Positions 19,454 through 33,903 are shown, numbered from the stretch's first letter. The stretch is DNA of 64,000 bases from Comamonadaceae bacterium (GCA_021298995.1 JAJTGB010000012.1:1486-65485), one strand, 5' to 3'. Made by a program: numbers and translations. The notes: generated by a model not told the origin, from the letters alone.

Positions 19454-20376
19454 GAAAGGGTTTTAAACTTAAGAAGTGCTTCTTTGGTAAGTAATAAGAC
19501 TTGATCTTCGCCAGCACTGGTGTCTAACCAGACGGCTTCAAGTCGAGGAAAAGCGGCTTCAAAGTGTTCTCGCTCGTTGCCAATTTCAAGTACCAAGATG
19601 GCTTGATCGTTCATGTGATCGGGCAGATCTATGAACATGGCTTGAATGAAATCCATGCCATCTGACCCACCGGCCAATGCCAACGAAGGCTCTGCGAGAA
19701 ACTCTTGTGGCAGCTTTTGCATGCTGGCCTCACACACATAGGGCGGATTGCAAACGATGCAATCAAACTTCTGAGTCAGGTTTTTGAGGCCATCACTTTC
19801 AAGCAACTGAATGCGATTGGTGAGTTGATGCTTTTCAACATTGATTTGGGCAACAGCCAAGGCATCTTTTGAGATATCGACTGCCGTGACCATGATGTCG
19901 GGGTAAGCCATGGCGCACAAAACAGCCAAGCTGCCATTGCCAGTGCAGAGATCTAAAAATGCATGCGAGCTTTCAGAAAGCCAGCCATCAAATGCACCAT
20001 CGGCAATGAGTTCGGCAATGAAGCTGCGCGGCACAATGCTTCGTTCGTCCACATAAAAGGAAATGCCTTGGAGCCAAGCTTCTTGCGTGAGATAGGCCGC
20101 GGGTTTGCGAGTTTGAATGCGCTGGGCAATGAGGGCTTGGCATGCTTGGATGTTGGCCAAAGCCAGATTGGCGACATCAAGCTGAGGCTGCAATGCCAAG
20201 ACCTGCACCTGGAGCTGTTTGAGTTCTTCGGTCAGGTCAAGGTCTAAGGGCAATTTGAGTTGCCACAAAACAAGCCACGTTGCTTCGTCTAGGGCGGTCA
20301 ATGTGCCTTGACCGTAAGCAAGTTGGGCTTGTTCCAGTTGATCAGCGCTGGTTTGTATGAGTTGTTTTAAATCCAT
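19450..20376 (-). CDS. prmB: Ribosomal protein uL3 glutamine methyltransferase
   Basis: RKPAAYL, FYVDERSIVPRSFIAEL, LDLCTGNGSL, NPPY. Confidence 0.93.
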   Translation of the reverse strand: MDLKQLIQTSADQLEQAQLAYGQGTLTALDEATWLVLWQLKLPLDLDLTEELKQLQVQVLALQPQLDVANLALANIQACQALIAQRIQTRKPAAYLTQEAWLQGISFYVDERSIVPRSFIAELIADGAFDGWLSESSHAFLDLCTGNGSLAVLCAMAYPDIMVTAVDISKDALAVAQINVEKHQLTNRIQLLESDGLKNLTQKFDCIVCNPPYVCEASMQKLPQEFLAEPSLALAGGSDGMDFIQAMFIDLPDHMNDQAILVLEIGNEREHFEAAFPRLEAVWLDTSAGEDQVLLLTKEALLKFKTLS

Positions 20377-20388
20377 TGCGAAAAAGCC

Positions 20389-21561
20389 TTAAGGCGCTTG
20401 ACCCTTGTCTGCAGCGCAGGCTTGATTCAGATTCAGCAAGACTGATTTGTAGATGTTTTTCAATGGCTCGATGTCGGCCAGCGCTACATGTTCATCAATT
20501 TTGTGAATGGTGGCATTGGGCGGGCCCAACTCGATCACTTGGGGGCAAGTTTGCGCGATGAATCGGCCATCGCTGGTACCCCCCGTGGTGGACAGTTCTG
20601 TTTGAAGACCCGTCACGCTGTGAATAGCCTCTTGCACCGCTTTCACCAAGGTGCCAGGGGTTGTGAGAAATGGCAGTCCACCCAGTGTCCAATCGATGTC
20701 AAATTTCAAATGGTGCTTAAGCAAAACATCTGTGAGTCTCTTTTTCAGTGAAGCTTCTGTCGACTCGGTGCAAAAGCGAAAGTTGAAGTCAATGGTCATT
20801 TCGCCAGGAATGACATTGGTGGCGCCCGTTCCAGCTTGGACATTGCTAATTTGCCAACTGGTGGGCGGGAAAAATTCATTGCCCTCATCCCACACCATGC
20901 TGGCCAATTCGGCCAACGCGGGTGCAGCACGGTGAACGGGGTTGTCGGCCAACTTTGGATAGGCGATGTGTCCTTGTATGCCTTTCACAAGCAACTTGCC
21001 ACTGAGCGAGCCTCGGCGACCATTTTTGATCATGTCGCCAGTTTGTTTGACGGAAGTGGGTTCGCCAACGATGCAGTAGTCGGGTGTTTCCTTGCGCTCA
21101 TGGAGTATTTTGCATATGCGCACGGTGCCATCCAGGGCGGGGCCTTCCTCATCGCTGGTGAGCAAAAATGCAATGCCCAAGGCTGGGTTTGCACATTCTT
21201 GGTAAAACTCTTGGGTGGCAACCACCATAGCAGCCAGCGAGGTTTTCATGTCACTTGCGCCACGCCCAAACAATTTGCCATCGCGGTGTGTGGGGGTAAA
21301 TGGATCGCTGGTCCATTGCTGGAGTGGGCCTGTGGGTACCACATCGACGTGACCTGCAAATGCCAATGTTTGACCTGAAGTGCCGGTTTTTTTGGCCCAA
21401 AGGTTGCGAACGCGAAAGTTGTCGGGTCCTAAATCAATCACTTCACATTGAAATCCCAAAGGTTCTAGTTGCGCACTGATCAGTGCTGTGCAGCCGCCAT
21501 CTTCGGGCGTGACCGAGGGCTTTGAGATCAGTTGCTCTGCCAGTCTGAGTGTGGCGCTCAT
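20389..21561 (-). CDS. dapE: Succinyl-diaminopimelate desuccinylase
   Basis: [36 protein letters not shown]; ATG at 21561 overlaps the dapC stop. Confidence 0.96.
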   Translation of the reverse strand: MSATLRLAEQLISKPSVTPEDGGCTALISAQLEPLGFQCEVIDLGPDNFRVRNLWAKKTGTSGQTLAFAGHVDVVPTGPLQQWTSDPFTPTHRDGKLFGRGASDMKTSLAAMVVATQEFYQECANPALGIAFLLTSDEEGPALDGTVRICKILHERKETPDYCIVGEPTSVKQTGDMIKNGRRGSLSGKLLVKGIQGHIAYPKLADNPVHRAAPALAELASMVWDEGNEFFPPTSWQISNVQAGTGATNVIPGEMTIDFNFRFCTESTEASLKKRLTDVLLKHHLKFDIDWTLGGLPFLTTPGTLVKAVQEAIHSVTGLQTELSTTGGTSDGRFIAQTCPQVIELGPPNATIHKIDEHVALADIEPLKNIYKSVLLNLNQACAADKGQAP

Positions 21562-22769
21562 GTTGACCTTCCCGAACGAATGAAGCGAGCAATTCGATGT
21601 GCGGCTTCTAAGCACTCTGATGTTTCGGCAACCAAGGCCATTCGAACGCGGCCTTGTCCGGGATTGGCCCCATTCATGGTTCGTCCAATGAAACTACCGG
21701 GCAACACAGTGACGTGCTCCTTGGCATACAGTTCGCGCGCAAAATCTGTATCGCTGTTGTGCCATTCGGCTGGCACACCTGCCCACAAATAAAAGCTGGC
21801 ATCTGGCAACTTGACATCCATCACTTCACTCAGAACGGGGGTGACTTGCGCAAATTTAGTGCGGTACAAATTGCGGTTTTCAATGACGTGGTCTTCATCG
21901 TTCCAAGCTGCAATGCTGGCAGCTTGAACCACGCCACTCATGGCGCAACCATGGTAAGTGCGGTACAGCAAAAAGTCTTTGATGATGGCGGCATCGCCGG
22001 CCACAAAGCCGCTTCGCAAGCCTGGCACATTGCTGCGCTTTGACAAACTGGTGAAGGCAATCAAGCGTTTGAAATCTTTGTAGCCCAAAAGAGAAGCGGC
22101 CTCTAGTCCACCCAATGGTGGCTCATCTCTAAAATAAATTTCGCTGTAGCACTCGTCCGAAGCAATCACAAAGCCGTATTTTTCGCTCAGTTCAAACAGT
22201 GTTTGCCACTCCGACAAGGGCATGATTTTTCCGGTGGGGTTGCCTGGTGAGCAGACAAACACCAGCTGTGTTTTGCGCCAAATGGCGTCAGGAACGGCTT
22301 TCCAGTCGGCCGTAAAGTCGTTTTCTGGTGCATTGGCCACGTAGTAGGGCTCAGCCCCTCCCAGCAGGGCGGCACCTTCATAAATTTGATAAAAGGGATT
22401 GGGGCTGACCACGCGTGCGCCATTTTGGGTGGGGTCTAGGACGGCTTGGGCAAGCGCAAACAGGGCTTCCCTTGAGCCATTGACAGGCAAAATTTGCGTA
22501 GCGGCCGCAATTTCAATGCGATAACGGCGCTTGAGCCACTCAGCGCAGGCCTCCCTCATGCGAAGTTCGCCTGCTGTGGCTGGATATCCAGACAGTGCTG
22601 TATCGAGAGACTTTTCCAGCGCTCTTTTGATGAATTCGGGGGTGGCGTGTTTGGGCTCGCCAATGCCCAGGCTGATGTGAGCGCGGTCTGTAGGGGGTGT
22701 GGCACCGGCAAACAATTGACGCAGGCGCTCGAATGGGTAGGGTTGGAGGGTGGCCAGTAGGGGATTCAT
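21558..22769 (-). CDS. dapC: Succinyldiaminopimelate transaminase
   Basis: [40 protein letters not shown]. Confidence 0.93.
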   Translation of the reverse strand: MNPLLATLQPYPFERLRQLFAGATPPTDRAHISLGIGEPKHATPEFIKRALEKSLDTALSGYPATAGELRMREACAEWLKRRYRIEIAAATQILPVNGSREALFALAQAVLDPTQNGARVVSPNPFYQIYEGAALLGGAEPYYVANAPENDFTADWKAVPDAIWRKTQLVFVCSPGNPTGKIMPLSEWQTLFELSEKYGFVIASDECYSEIYFRDEPPLGGLEAASLLGYKDFKRLIAFTSLSKRSNVPGLRSGFVAGDAAIIKDFLLYRTYHGCAMSGVVQAASIAAWNDEDHVIENRNLYRTKFAQVTPVLSEVMDVKLPDASFYLWAGVPAEWHNSDTDFARELYAKEHVTVLPGSFIGRTMNGANPGQGRVRMALVAETSECLEAAHRIARFIRSGRST

Positions 22770-22904
22770 CCCGCAATTATCCGGGATTGTGGTGTCATTT
22801 TTGCTCTCAATTTCAAGTGAATTCTGGCCTAACGAGCTCATTGGGTCGGTTAACATGGCAACTTCGGGCACAAGGTGTGCCCCTCGACCCTATTTCTGAT
22901 TGCT

Positions 22905-25900
22905 GTGCGCCTCAATTCCATCAAATTATCTGGATTCAAATCCTTTGCAGAACCCACCAATTTTGTCTTGCCTGGGCAATTGGTCGGTGTTGTCGGACCC
23001 AACGGTTGCGGTAAATCCAACATCATGGATGCCTGTCGCTGGGTTTTAGGCGAGTCCAAAGCCTCTGAGTTGCGTGGCGAGTCCATGCAAGACGTGATCT
23101 TCAATGGCACCAACACCCGAAAAGCGGCAAGTCGAGCCAGCGTTGAGTTGGTTTTTGACAATGCTGACCATCGCGCTGGGGGTCAATGGGGTCAGTTTGC
23201 AGAAATTGCGGTCAAGCGTGTTTTAACCCGCGATGGCAACAGCAGCTATTTCATCAACAACCAGCCCGTTCGCCGGCGTGATGTTCAAGACGTTTTCTTG
23301 GGCACCGGCCTTGGGCCGCGCGCATACGCCATCATCGGCCAGGGCACCATCAGCCGCATCATTGAATCAAGACCCGAAGAGCTGCGTTTGTTTCTTGAAG
23401 AGGCAGCTGGTGTTTCCAAATACAAAGAGCGTCGACGCGAAACAGAAAACCGTCTGTCTGACACACGAGAGAATTTGACGCGGGTTGAAGACATTCTGCG
23501 TGAACTCAATGCCAACTTAGAAAAATTGGAAAAGCAAGCTGAAGTGGCTCAGCGCTTCAACGATTTAAAAGCTGACAGTAACTTGAAGCAACAACAGCTT
23601 TGGTTTTTCAAACGGGCTGATGCTGAGTCCGATCAGGTCAAAATCAAAGCCGATGTTGATAAAGCGGTGATTGATTTAGAAGCACGTATTGCTGATCTTC
23701 GCCACGTGGAGGCAGATCTCGAAACAGTGCGTCAAGCGCATTACGCGGCGGGCGATCAGGTCAATCAAGCGCAAGGTCTTTTGTATGAAGCCAGTGCCGA
23801 AGTTGGCCGACTTGAGGCGGAAATTCGCTTCGTCGTCGAAGGACGCCAGCGTGCCGAGCAGCGTTTGACCCAACTGCAAGCACAAACCACCGACTGGTCA
23901 GACCGGCAAATTCAAGCGCAAGCCGAGCTTGAGTCTTTGGCGGAACAAGCATTGCAAGCCGAAGATCAGACCATCACGCTGGCTGCGCAGGTTGAAGATC
24001 AAGCCCAAGCCTTGCCAGAGCTGGAAGAAGCTTTGCGTCAAGCGCAAGCCAAAGCCAATGAGCAAAGAGGCAGCGTGGCGCAAGTTCAGCAGCAAATTCA
24101 AGTGCTCGCGGCCGATCAACGCAACATTGAAGACCAAACGCGCCAGCTCACACTCAGGCGCGAACGCTTGGTGGCTGATCGAAATGCGCTGGATGCGCCC
24201 GATGAGCAAAAACTCGCTCAATTAAAAGAGCAGCTGATACAAGCAGACGCTTTGGCCATGGAGAGCCATGCTCGACTTGAAGAATTGGAGTCGCAGACCC
24301 CCTTGCTAGATCAAGAGCGCCGCGACCAACAGCAGGCTGTGAACGACGAATCTGCCAAGTTGGCTGATCTCACCGCCAAAATTGAAGCACTTAAATCACT
24401 GCAAGAAAAAGTGAAAACCGATGGCAAGCTCAAGCCTTGGCTGACCAAGCATGGCTTGGACGGGCTTCAGGGTTTGTGGAGCAAGATTCACATGGAGCCC
24501 GGTTGGGAAAATGCCATGGAGTCGGCACTTCGGGAGCGCTTGTCCTCTCTTGAAGTTTCTCGTTTAGACATGGTGAAGTCTTTTGCCCTTGACTCACCCC
24601 CTGCCAAACTTTCTTTTTACTCACCGCCCAACGCAAGTCAATCGACTCCGCGCAAAGGCCTGCCTGCAGCGTGTCGCCCACTGTCTGATTTGCTCAGACT
24701 TTCTGATGCGGGCCTCTCAGCCTTATTGACCGATTGGTTGCAGGGCTACTTCACGGCGCCTTCGCTGGAAGATGCCATGGCTTGGCGTGACCAACTTCAG
24801 GGCTCTGAGTGTTTGGTAGTACAAGCTGGGCACGCCATTGGCAAGCACAGCGTCACTTTCTACGCGCCCGATTCAGAGCAAGCAGGCCTGTTGGCCCGTG
24901 CGCAAGACATCGAAAACTTTGAAAAACAGTTGCGTGCTCAAACCCTCATAGCGGAAGAGACTCGAACAGCTTCCGTGCGCGCGGAAGCTGCTTATTCCGA
25001 TGCGGCCCAGCGATTGGTGTCTGTGCGCCAAGAAGCTTCAGAGACTCAATCCAAAGCGCATGAACTTCAAGTAGAAACACTTCGTCTTTCGCAATGGGCT
25101 GAACAAACACGCACGCGTACCGAGCAAATTGCCAGCGACATGTCGGAAGTTGACCTGAGCTTGGAAGATTTGCAAGAGCGACGAATGACGGCAGAAGGCC
25201 GCTTTGAAGAACTCGACATGCAATTGGCGGATAGCCAAGAACGGCATGCTCAATTGGATGAACGTGTGATTGAGTCCGAACGAAAATTGTCTGAGTGCCG
25301 TGAGCAACAGCGTACCTTGGAGCGGTTGGCGCAAGAAGCTACGTTTTCACAGCGCAGTCTTGATGCCAGACGGTCAGAATTGCAGCGTGGACTTGAAACT
25401 GCCAGCCAGCAAATTCAAAGCATTGCGCAAGAGCAAGAACGTGCAAAAGAAGAGCTTTCGCGCCTTACCGATGCTGCGGCTCAAGCGGGTTTGCAAAATG
25501 CGCTGGCCATCAAAATCGAACGCGAGAAGGCATTGGGCGTCAAGCGCAGTGAATACGACGATCTGACTTCCCGTTTGCGCGCCAATGACGAACGCCGTAT
25601 GAGTTTTGAGCGTGAGCTTGATCCTTTGCGTCAAAGAATCACGGAACTCCAACTCAAAGAGCAGGCTTCTCGCTTGGGCCTTGAGCAATACACGCAGTTG
25701 TTGGTAGATGCAGAAGCCGATCTAGAGTTGTTGGCCAAGTCCATTGAAGATGGCAACGTGCGACTGACAGGCTTGCAATCTGAAATTGATCGACTCAATC
25801 GGGAAATTGCAGCCTTAGGCGCTGTTAACTTGGCTGCTTTGGATGAACTTACCGTTGCGCGTGAACGCAAAATTTTCCTAGATGCCCAAACTGCCGACTT

Positions 25901-26432
25901 GACCGAAGCCATGACCACTTTGGAAGATGCCATCAAGAAAATTGATGCGGAAACCAGAGAACTTTTGGGTGGCACTTTCAAAATTGTGAACGAGCATTTC
26001 GGCCGTATGTTCCCCGAATTGTTTGGCGGTGGCAACGCACGCTTGGTTATGACGGGTGATGAAATTTTGGACTCAGGGGTACAGGTGATGGCCCAACCTC
26101 CAGGCAAAAAGAACCAAACCATTCACCTTTTGTCGGGCGGCGAAAAAGCGCTGACAGCGATTGCCTTGGTTTTTGCTATTTTCCAACTCAATCCAGCACC
26201 ATTTTGTTTGTTGGATGAGGTTGATGCACCTCTTGACGATAGCAACACCGAACGTTATGCCAAGTTGGTCAAGAGCATGGGCAAAGAAACCCAATTCTTG
26301 TTCATCAGTCACAACAAGATCGCCATGGAAATGGCCGAGCAATTGATCGGTGTGACGATGCAAGAGCAGGGCGTTTCTCGCATTGTGGCAGTAGACATGG
26401 AAGCCGCTGTTTCTATGGCCGAGTTGACCTAA
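22905..26432 (+). CDS. smc: Chromosome segregation protein SMC
   Basis: GFKSF, GPNGCGKSN, coiled coils with hinge, LSGGEK, LDEVDAPLD; GTG start at 22905. Confidence 0.97.
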   Translation: MRLNSIKLSGFKSFAEPTNFVLPGQLVGVVGPNGCGKSNIMDACRWVLGESKASELRGESMQDVIFNGTNTRKAASRASVELVFDNADHRAGGQWGQFAEIAVKRVLTRDGNSSYFINNQPVRRRDVQDVFLGTGLGPRAYAIIGQGTISRIIESRPEELRLFLEEAAGVSKYKERRRETENRLSDTRENLTRVEDILRELNANLEKLEKQAEVAQRFNDLKADSNLKQQQLWFFKRADAESDQVKIKADVDKAVIDLEARIADLRHVEADLETVRQAHYAAGDQVNQAQGLLYEASAEVGRLEAEIRFVVEGRQRAEQRLTQLQAQTTDWSDRQIQAQAELESLAEQALQAEDQTITLAAQVEDQAQALPELEEALRQAQAKANEQRGSVAQVQQQIQVLAADQRNIEDQTRQLTLRRERLVADRNALDAPDEQKLAQLKEQLIQADALAMESHARLEELESQTPLLDQERRDQQQAVNDESAKLADLTAKIEALKSLQEKVKTDGKLKPWLTKHGLDGLQGLWSKIHMEPGWENAMESALRERLSSLEVSRLDMVKSFALDSPPAKLSFYSPPNASQSTPRKGLPAACRPLSDLLRLSDAGLSALLTDWLQGYFTAPSLEDAMAWRDQLQGSECLVVQAGHAIGKHSVTFYAPDSEQAGLLARAQDIENFEKQLRAQTLIAEETRTASVRAEAAYSDAAQRLVSVRQEASETQSKAHELQVETLRLSQWAEQTRTRTEQIASDMSEVDLSLEDLQERRMTAEGRFEELDMQLADSQERHAQLDERVIESERKLSECREQQRTLERLAQEATFSQRSLDARRSELQRGLETASQQIQSIAQEQERAKEELSRLTDAAAQAGLQNALAIKIEREKALGVKRSEYDDLTSRLRANDERRMSFERELDPLRQRITELQLKEQASRLGLEQYTQLLVDAEADLELLAKSIEDGNVRLTGLQSEIDRLNREIAALGAVNLAALDELTVARERKIFLDAQTADLTEAMTTLEDAIKKIDAETRELLGGTFKIVNEHFGRMFPELFGGGNARLVMTGDEILDSGVQVMAQPPGKKNQTIHLLSGGEKALTAIALVFAIFQLNPAPFCLLDEVDAPLDDSNTERYAKLVKSMGKETQFLFISHNKIAMEMAEQLIGVTMQEQGVSRIVAVDMEAAVSMAELT

Positions 26433-26473
26433 GTGGACTGACATTTTTTAAACACCCCGTTTGCATTTCTAAT

Positions 26474-27523
26474 ATGAACTCATTGCAAAACAGTCTGTTA
26501 ATCGCAGGTGGTCTGACTTTGGTGGGCGTTGTTTTGTACAACATTTGGACAGCACGCCAAAATGCGCCACGACAAGCTGCACCTGATCTGTCGGGCGCAG
26601 GTCTTGATCCAGCGCTAGACGCTTCACTCGCAGAGCGCAAAGGCCCCCAGGATCCTTCCTTTTTAGAAGACACCATCGATATTCTTCCTACGCCTGAAAA
26701 GAAACCGCCCCTTGACGCACTCATTGACGTGATAGCCGCCATTGAGGTGGATGTTCAGGTTTCTGGCGATGCGGCTTTGGCTGCTTTACCTGCTACGCGC
26801 CGTGTTGGTACCAAGCCCTTTGCAGTAGAAGGCTTGAATGATACAAGCGGTGAATGGGAAATGCCTGTTGCGGGTCGTCGGTATCACGCCTTTCAAGCCG
26901 GGGTTCAGTTGGCCAATCGCATTGGGCCTTTGAATGAAATTGAATACTCAGAATTTGTCATCAAAGCCCAAGCCTTCGCCGATTCTGTGGGGGGCGCGCC
27001 TGAGTTTCCTGAAATGTTGGAAGAAGTAGCACGCGCTCGAGAGCTCGATCAATTTGCCAGCGCGCACGATGCGCAATTGAGCTTTACCGTTTGTGCCACT
27101 TCGGCAGCCTGGAGTCCTGGCTATATTCAGCAACATGCTGCTCGGTGGGGATTTGTTGCCGGAGTGATTCCAGGTCGAATGGTTTTGGCCGCGGCAGTGC
27201 AAGGATTGCCGCCCATTTTGTCACTGTCGTTTGACACGCAAGCGGCCATGGCCGATGACCCTGCTTTGTCAGCCATCCGAGAATTTACCTTGAGTCTTGA
27301 TGTGCCTCAGGTGCCCCGCGAGGAGCATGCGTTTGCGCGCTTGCGAGAGGCTGCGCGCATTTTGGGCAAGGAAATGGATGGCGTGATCACCGATGGTGCT
27401 GGTCATGCCTTGAGCGAACCCGACTTGAACGCCATCGCTCTCGATTTAGAACAACTCTACGATGCACTAGACCAGCGAGAATTGTCTGCCGGATCGCCAC
27501 AAGCACGTCGTTTGTTTTCTTAA
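26474..27523 (+). CDS. zipA: ZipA-like cell division protein
   Basis: N-terminal TM helix, VQLANR.GPLNEIEYSEF, ends ARRLFS; smc-zipA-ligA synteny. Confidence 0.82.
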   Translation: MNSLQNSLLIAGGLTLVGVVLYNIWTARQNAPRQAAPDLSGAGLDPALDASLAERKGPQDPSFLEDTIDILPTPEKKPPLDALIDVIAAIEVDVQVSGDAALAALPATRRVGTKPFAVEGLNDTSGEWEMPVAGRRYHAFQAGVQLANRIGPLNEIEYSEFVIKAQAFADSVGGAPEFPEMLEEVARARELDQFASAHDAQLSFTVCATSAAWSPGYIQQHAARWGFVAGVIPGRMVLAAAVQGLPPILSLSFDTQAAMADDPALSAIREFTLSLDVPQVPREEHAFARLREAARILGKEMDGVITDGAGHALSEPDLNAIALDLEQLYDALDQRELSAGSPQARRLFS

Positions 27524-27533
27524 CTGAGTCTAG

Positions 27534-30191
<2,658 letters not shown>

Positions 30192-30195
<4 letters not shown>

Positions 30196-31370
30196 AGTTT
30201 GGCCAGTCTTTCGATGGCCGCTTGAAGCGTGCTGTCTTTCTTTGCAAAACAAAACCGAATGACATTTTGGTCAAATGAGTCACCATAAAAAGCTGACATA
30301 GGAATGGCTGCCACGCCAATTTCTCGGGTTAACCATTTGCAAAATTCTGCTTCGCCCAAATCTTTCTCTGGTACCGAAAGGCTAGAGATGTCGGCGCATT
30401 GAAAGTAGGTTCCTTCCCCTGGCAATAGCTTGAATTTGGTGGCTGACAGGCCTTGCCTGAAGAAGTCTCGTTTGCGCTGATAAAACTTGGGTAAGTTCAA
30501 ATACGGCTTTGGGTCTGACATGTAGCGCGCCAAACCAAACTGAACAGGTGTGTTCACTGTAAACACATTGAACTGGTGAACTTTGCGAAATTCGGTGGTC
30601 ATTGAAGCGGGCGCTGCAACCGTGCCAACTTTCCAGCCCGTCACATGGTAACTTTTGCCAAAACTCGAGACCACAAACGCGCGTTGCGCAAGGCCAGGGT
30701 AGGAGCTTGCACTGTGATGCTGCAGAGGTTCATAAACCATGTGCTCATAGACTTCATCGCTGATGAGCAAGATGTTTGTGGGCGCCAAAATTTCTTGTAA
30801 CTTCAACATTTCTTCGTGACGCCAAACCATGCCACTTGGGTTGTGTGGGGAGTTGATCAAAATGGCGCGAGTTTTTGAAGAAATAGCCGCTTGAATTTTG
30901 TCAAAGTCTGGCTTGAATGTGCCGGGCGTCAATGGCACCCGAACGACCACACCACCTGCCATTTCTACATTGGGCACATAGCAATCGTAGCAAGGCTCTA
31001 GCACAATCACTTCATCCCCTGGATGAACCACGGCCAGCATGATGGTGATCAAAGCTTGGGTGGCTCCGGCGGTGATAGTGACTTCAGATTGAGCATCGTA
31101 GTGGTGCCCATACAGCGACTCTATTTTTTGAGATACAGCTTCTCGCAGGGGCATGGCGCCTGGCATGAGCGGGTATTGATTCAGTCCATCTTGCATGGCC
31201 TGTGTCACGGCGTTCACAAGAGCTGGGTCGCATTCAAAATCTGGAAAACCTTGCCCCAGATTGACAGCACCTGCTTCGGCAGCCAATCCCGACATGACGG
31301 TGAAAATGGTGGTCCCCATGTTGGGGTGTTTGGAAATGAGCTGTGGTGTCATGGCAGTGCTTTTTTTCAA
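30192..31370 (-). CDS. PLP-dependent class I aminotransferase (YbdL/methionine aminotransferase-like)
   Basis: [43 protein letters not shown]. Confidence 0.9.
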
Positions 31371-32308
31371 ATTTCGTAATCATTGACATGACCCGTCATG
31401 GCTTTGGCCACCAAGGCTGCGGTTAATCTGTCGCTCAACAATTCAGCAAATTGATAGACAAAGTTTCTGAGATAAGCGCCACGCTTGAAAGCAACCCGTG
31501 CCACGTTTTTCCCCAATAAATCACCCAAAGGTCGTGCAATCAAATCGCCCACAGGGTCGTCTTTCATGGCCATTTCGGCCACAATGCCAACGCCCAAGCC
31601 CAGTCGAACATAGGTTTTAATCACATCTGAATCAATGGCCTCAAGTGCAATTCGAGGGTGCAAATTTTTACTGGCAAATGCAATGTCAATTTTTGTTCGC
31701 CCCGTGAATGAAGGGTGGTAAGTGATCAGAGCCTCTTTGGCAATATCTTCTAAGTGAAGGTGTTTTTTGTGCACCAAGGGATGGTCTTTCGGTAGCACCA
31801 ACATGTGCTGCCACTCATAGCATGGCAGGGTGACCAGGTCTTCATAATTGGCCAATGATTCTGTGGCCATGCCTATTTCTGCTGTGTCGTCTAAAAGCAT
31901 TTTGGCCACTTGATCGGGCGATCCCTGATGCAAGCTGATGTTGACCTGCGGATACAGTTCGCGCAATTTGGCAACAGGCAAGGGCAACACATATCTGGCT
32001 TGAGTATGCGTGGTTGCGATTGACAAAGTCCCGTTGTTTTGAGCGCTGTATTGGTCTCCAATTTTTTTGAGGTTGCCAATTTCGCGCATGATGACTTCAA
32101 TGCTTTTCAGAACGTGTTGCCCTGGCTCTGTGATGCGTTTGAGTCGCTTGCCGTGGCGCGCGAAAATATCGATGCCCAGTTCTTGCTCCAACTCAATGAT
32201 GGCTTTGGAGACCCCTGGTTGTGAGGTGTGCAGCGCCTTGGCTGCTTCTGTCAGATTCAAATTCCGACGCGCCGCTTCTTGTACAAATCGAAATTGATGA
32301 AGGTTCAT
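31367..32308 (-). CDS. cysB: CysB/Cbl-family LysR regulator
   Basis: LHTSQPGVSK, ATTHTQARY, DSDVIKTYVRLGLGVGI. Confidence 0.9.
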   Translation of the reverse strand: MNLHQFRFVQEAARRNLNLTEAAKALHTSQPGVSKAIIELEQELGIDIFARHGKRLKRITEPGQHVLKSIEVIMREIGNLKKIGDQYSAQNNGTLSIATTHTQARYVLPLPVAKLRELYPQVNISLHQGSPDQVAKMLLDDTAEIGMATESLANYEDLVTLPCYEWQHMLVLPKDHPLVHKKHLHLEDIAKEALITYHPSFTGRTKIDIAFASKNLHPRIALEAIDSDVIKTYVRLGLGVGIVAEMAMKDDPVGDLIARPLGDLLGKNVARVAFKRGAYLRNFVYQFAELLSDRLTAALVAKAMTGHVNDYEI

Positions 32309-32402
32309 ATCAATAAGCCCAGTAAGTATGGGTTTATTATGCCTTATTGATCTAAAGCGAGCGGCAATTGACCTGCTTATTTGCCGTTAACCCAATGCGG
32401 TG

Positions 32403-32783
32403 TCAGTTCTCTCGCAAAGCAATAGCCGCCATGGATTGAATGAGTTCAGGTTCTTCGCCAACTGCCTGTCGCAACTCAAATGACACATTGGGATAACGAC
32501 TCTTAAGCTCTTGAACCAGTTGGGGCAAATCTTCTCTGGCATGTTTACCCACCCCCAGAAACATGGGAACTATCCGAATGGAGGCAATGCCATGCTCAGC
32601 CAATTTTGAGACCGTGGAAGGCAAATCGGGTTCGGATAACTCCAAATATGCGCAAGCAACTTCTATTTGGGGCGAGAGTTGTTTCATTTGATGTGCCACG
32701 GCCTCAATAGGACGCCGCCAAAGCGGGTCGCGGGAGCCATGCGCAAACAAAATGACGGCTCGTTGCTGAGCACTAGAGGTCAT
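32403..32783 (-). CDS. Short CbiX/SirB chelatase-family protein
   Basis: FAHGSRDP, AYLEL..PDL, PMFLGVGKHAREDLP. Confidence 0.88.
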   Translation of the reverse strand: MTSSAQQRAVILFAHGSRDPLWRRPIEAVAHQMKQLSPQIEVACAYLELSEPDLPSTVSKLAEHGIASIRIVPMFLGVGKHAREDLPQLVQELKSRYPNVSFELRQAVGEEPELIQSMAAIALREN

Positions 32784-32796
32784 GAATTGCTATTCC

Positions 32797-33903
32797 TTAT
32801 TGACGCAAAACAAGCCACCCAAAAGTAGCCAGTGAAACCAGACTGTAAATAATGGCAGGTGCAGCAGCCGTGAGCCAAGGTTGCCAATTTTGCAAGTTGC
32901 CCATGAATCCAAAAACGTTGTTCAGCAAGTAAAAGCTGATGCCAGCCATCACGCCGCCAAAGACATAGCCAGCGATGTTGCCTGAACGAAAATGGAGGTA
33001 GGCAAATGGCAATGCCAAGGTCAACATGACCAAGCAACTCAAAGGGTAGAAAACTTTGCGCCAGAATTCAATTTCATAACGCTGTGCACTCTGACCATTG
33101 GCCGCCAAATGACGCATGTATTGAAACAAGTCGATGGTTTTCATGCGATCGGGACTCAACAAGGCCGCAGAAATCATTTCTGCGGTAATTTCGGTTTGCC
33201 AAGCCCATTGCGGCAGATTCAAGGTGTCAATCCGTGACTCCTTATTTTGACCATCGATGAAAATTCTGCGATCAGCCGGTTTTAAAAGCCAAGTGCCATC
33301 CACCATGATTTGAGCTTTGGGCGCCATTGTCATGGCTTTGAGTCGGCCGTCATTGTCAAACTCATGAATGCGAATGTTCTCTGGCTGACCTTCACTGCTC
33401 AATGATCTGACATTGACAGCAAATTGCGAGTCGGCTTGTTTTTCTCGCAACCAAGCGCCTGTTTGTCCAATGGTTATTTGGCCTTGGTAATGGGCTTTCA
33501 ACAATTGCGCTTGCTTGTCAGTCCATGGCGAGATGTAGTCGCCAAAAATGAATGTCACAAAAACGAAAACCAAACCCAATTGAAAGAGAGTTTGGAGGGC
33601 GCGCCAAGGGCCTAAGCCACCCGTTCTCAAGATGGTGAACTCAGAATTTTGTGCAAATCGTGCCATCACAAAAATAGAGCCAATGAGCACAGAGATGGGG
33701 AGCAACTCGTAAAAATGGCTTGGCATGAGCAGCGCCACATACATCAAAGCATGTTGAATTTGGTAGCCCTGAAATTTGTTGCGACTCAAGGTTTGAAGTT
33801 GGTCAACCAAGTCAAAAAAAACAAACAGTGCTAAAAACCCAAGAACTACAAAGCTCACAGCTCGAATGATTTCACCGTGAATGAGCCGACGAATGGTTTT
33901 CAT
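32797..33903 (-). CDS. lptG: LPS export permease LptG
   Basis: FVFFDLVDQL, SEFTILRTGG, FWRKVFYP; ATG at 33903 overlaps the lptF stop. Confidence 0.93.
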   Translation of the reverse strand: MKTIRRLIHGEIIRAVSFVVLGFLALFVFFDLVDQLQTLSRNKFQGYQIQHALMYVALLMPSHFYELLPISVLIGSIFVMARFAQNSEFTILRTGGLGPWRALQTLFQLGLVFVFVTFIFGDYISPWTDKQAQLLKAHYQGQITIGQTGAWLREKQADSQFAVNVRSLSSEGQPENIRIHEFDNDGRLKAMTMAPKAQIMVDGTWLLKPADRRIFIDGQNKESRIDTLNLPQWAWQTEITAEMISAALLSPDRMKTIDLFQYMRHLAANGQSAQRYEIEFWRKVFYPLSCLVMLTLALPFAYLHFRSGNIAGYVFGGVMAGISFYLLNNVFGFMGNLQNWQPWLTAAAPAIIYSLVSLATFGWLVLRQ

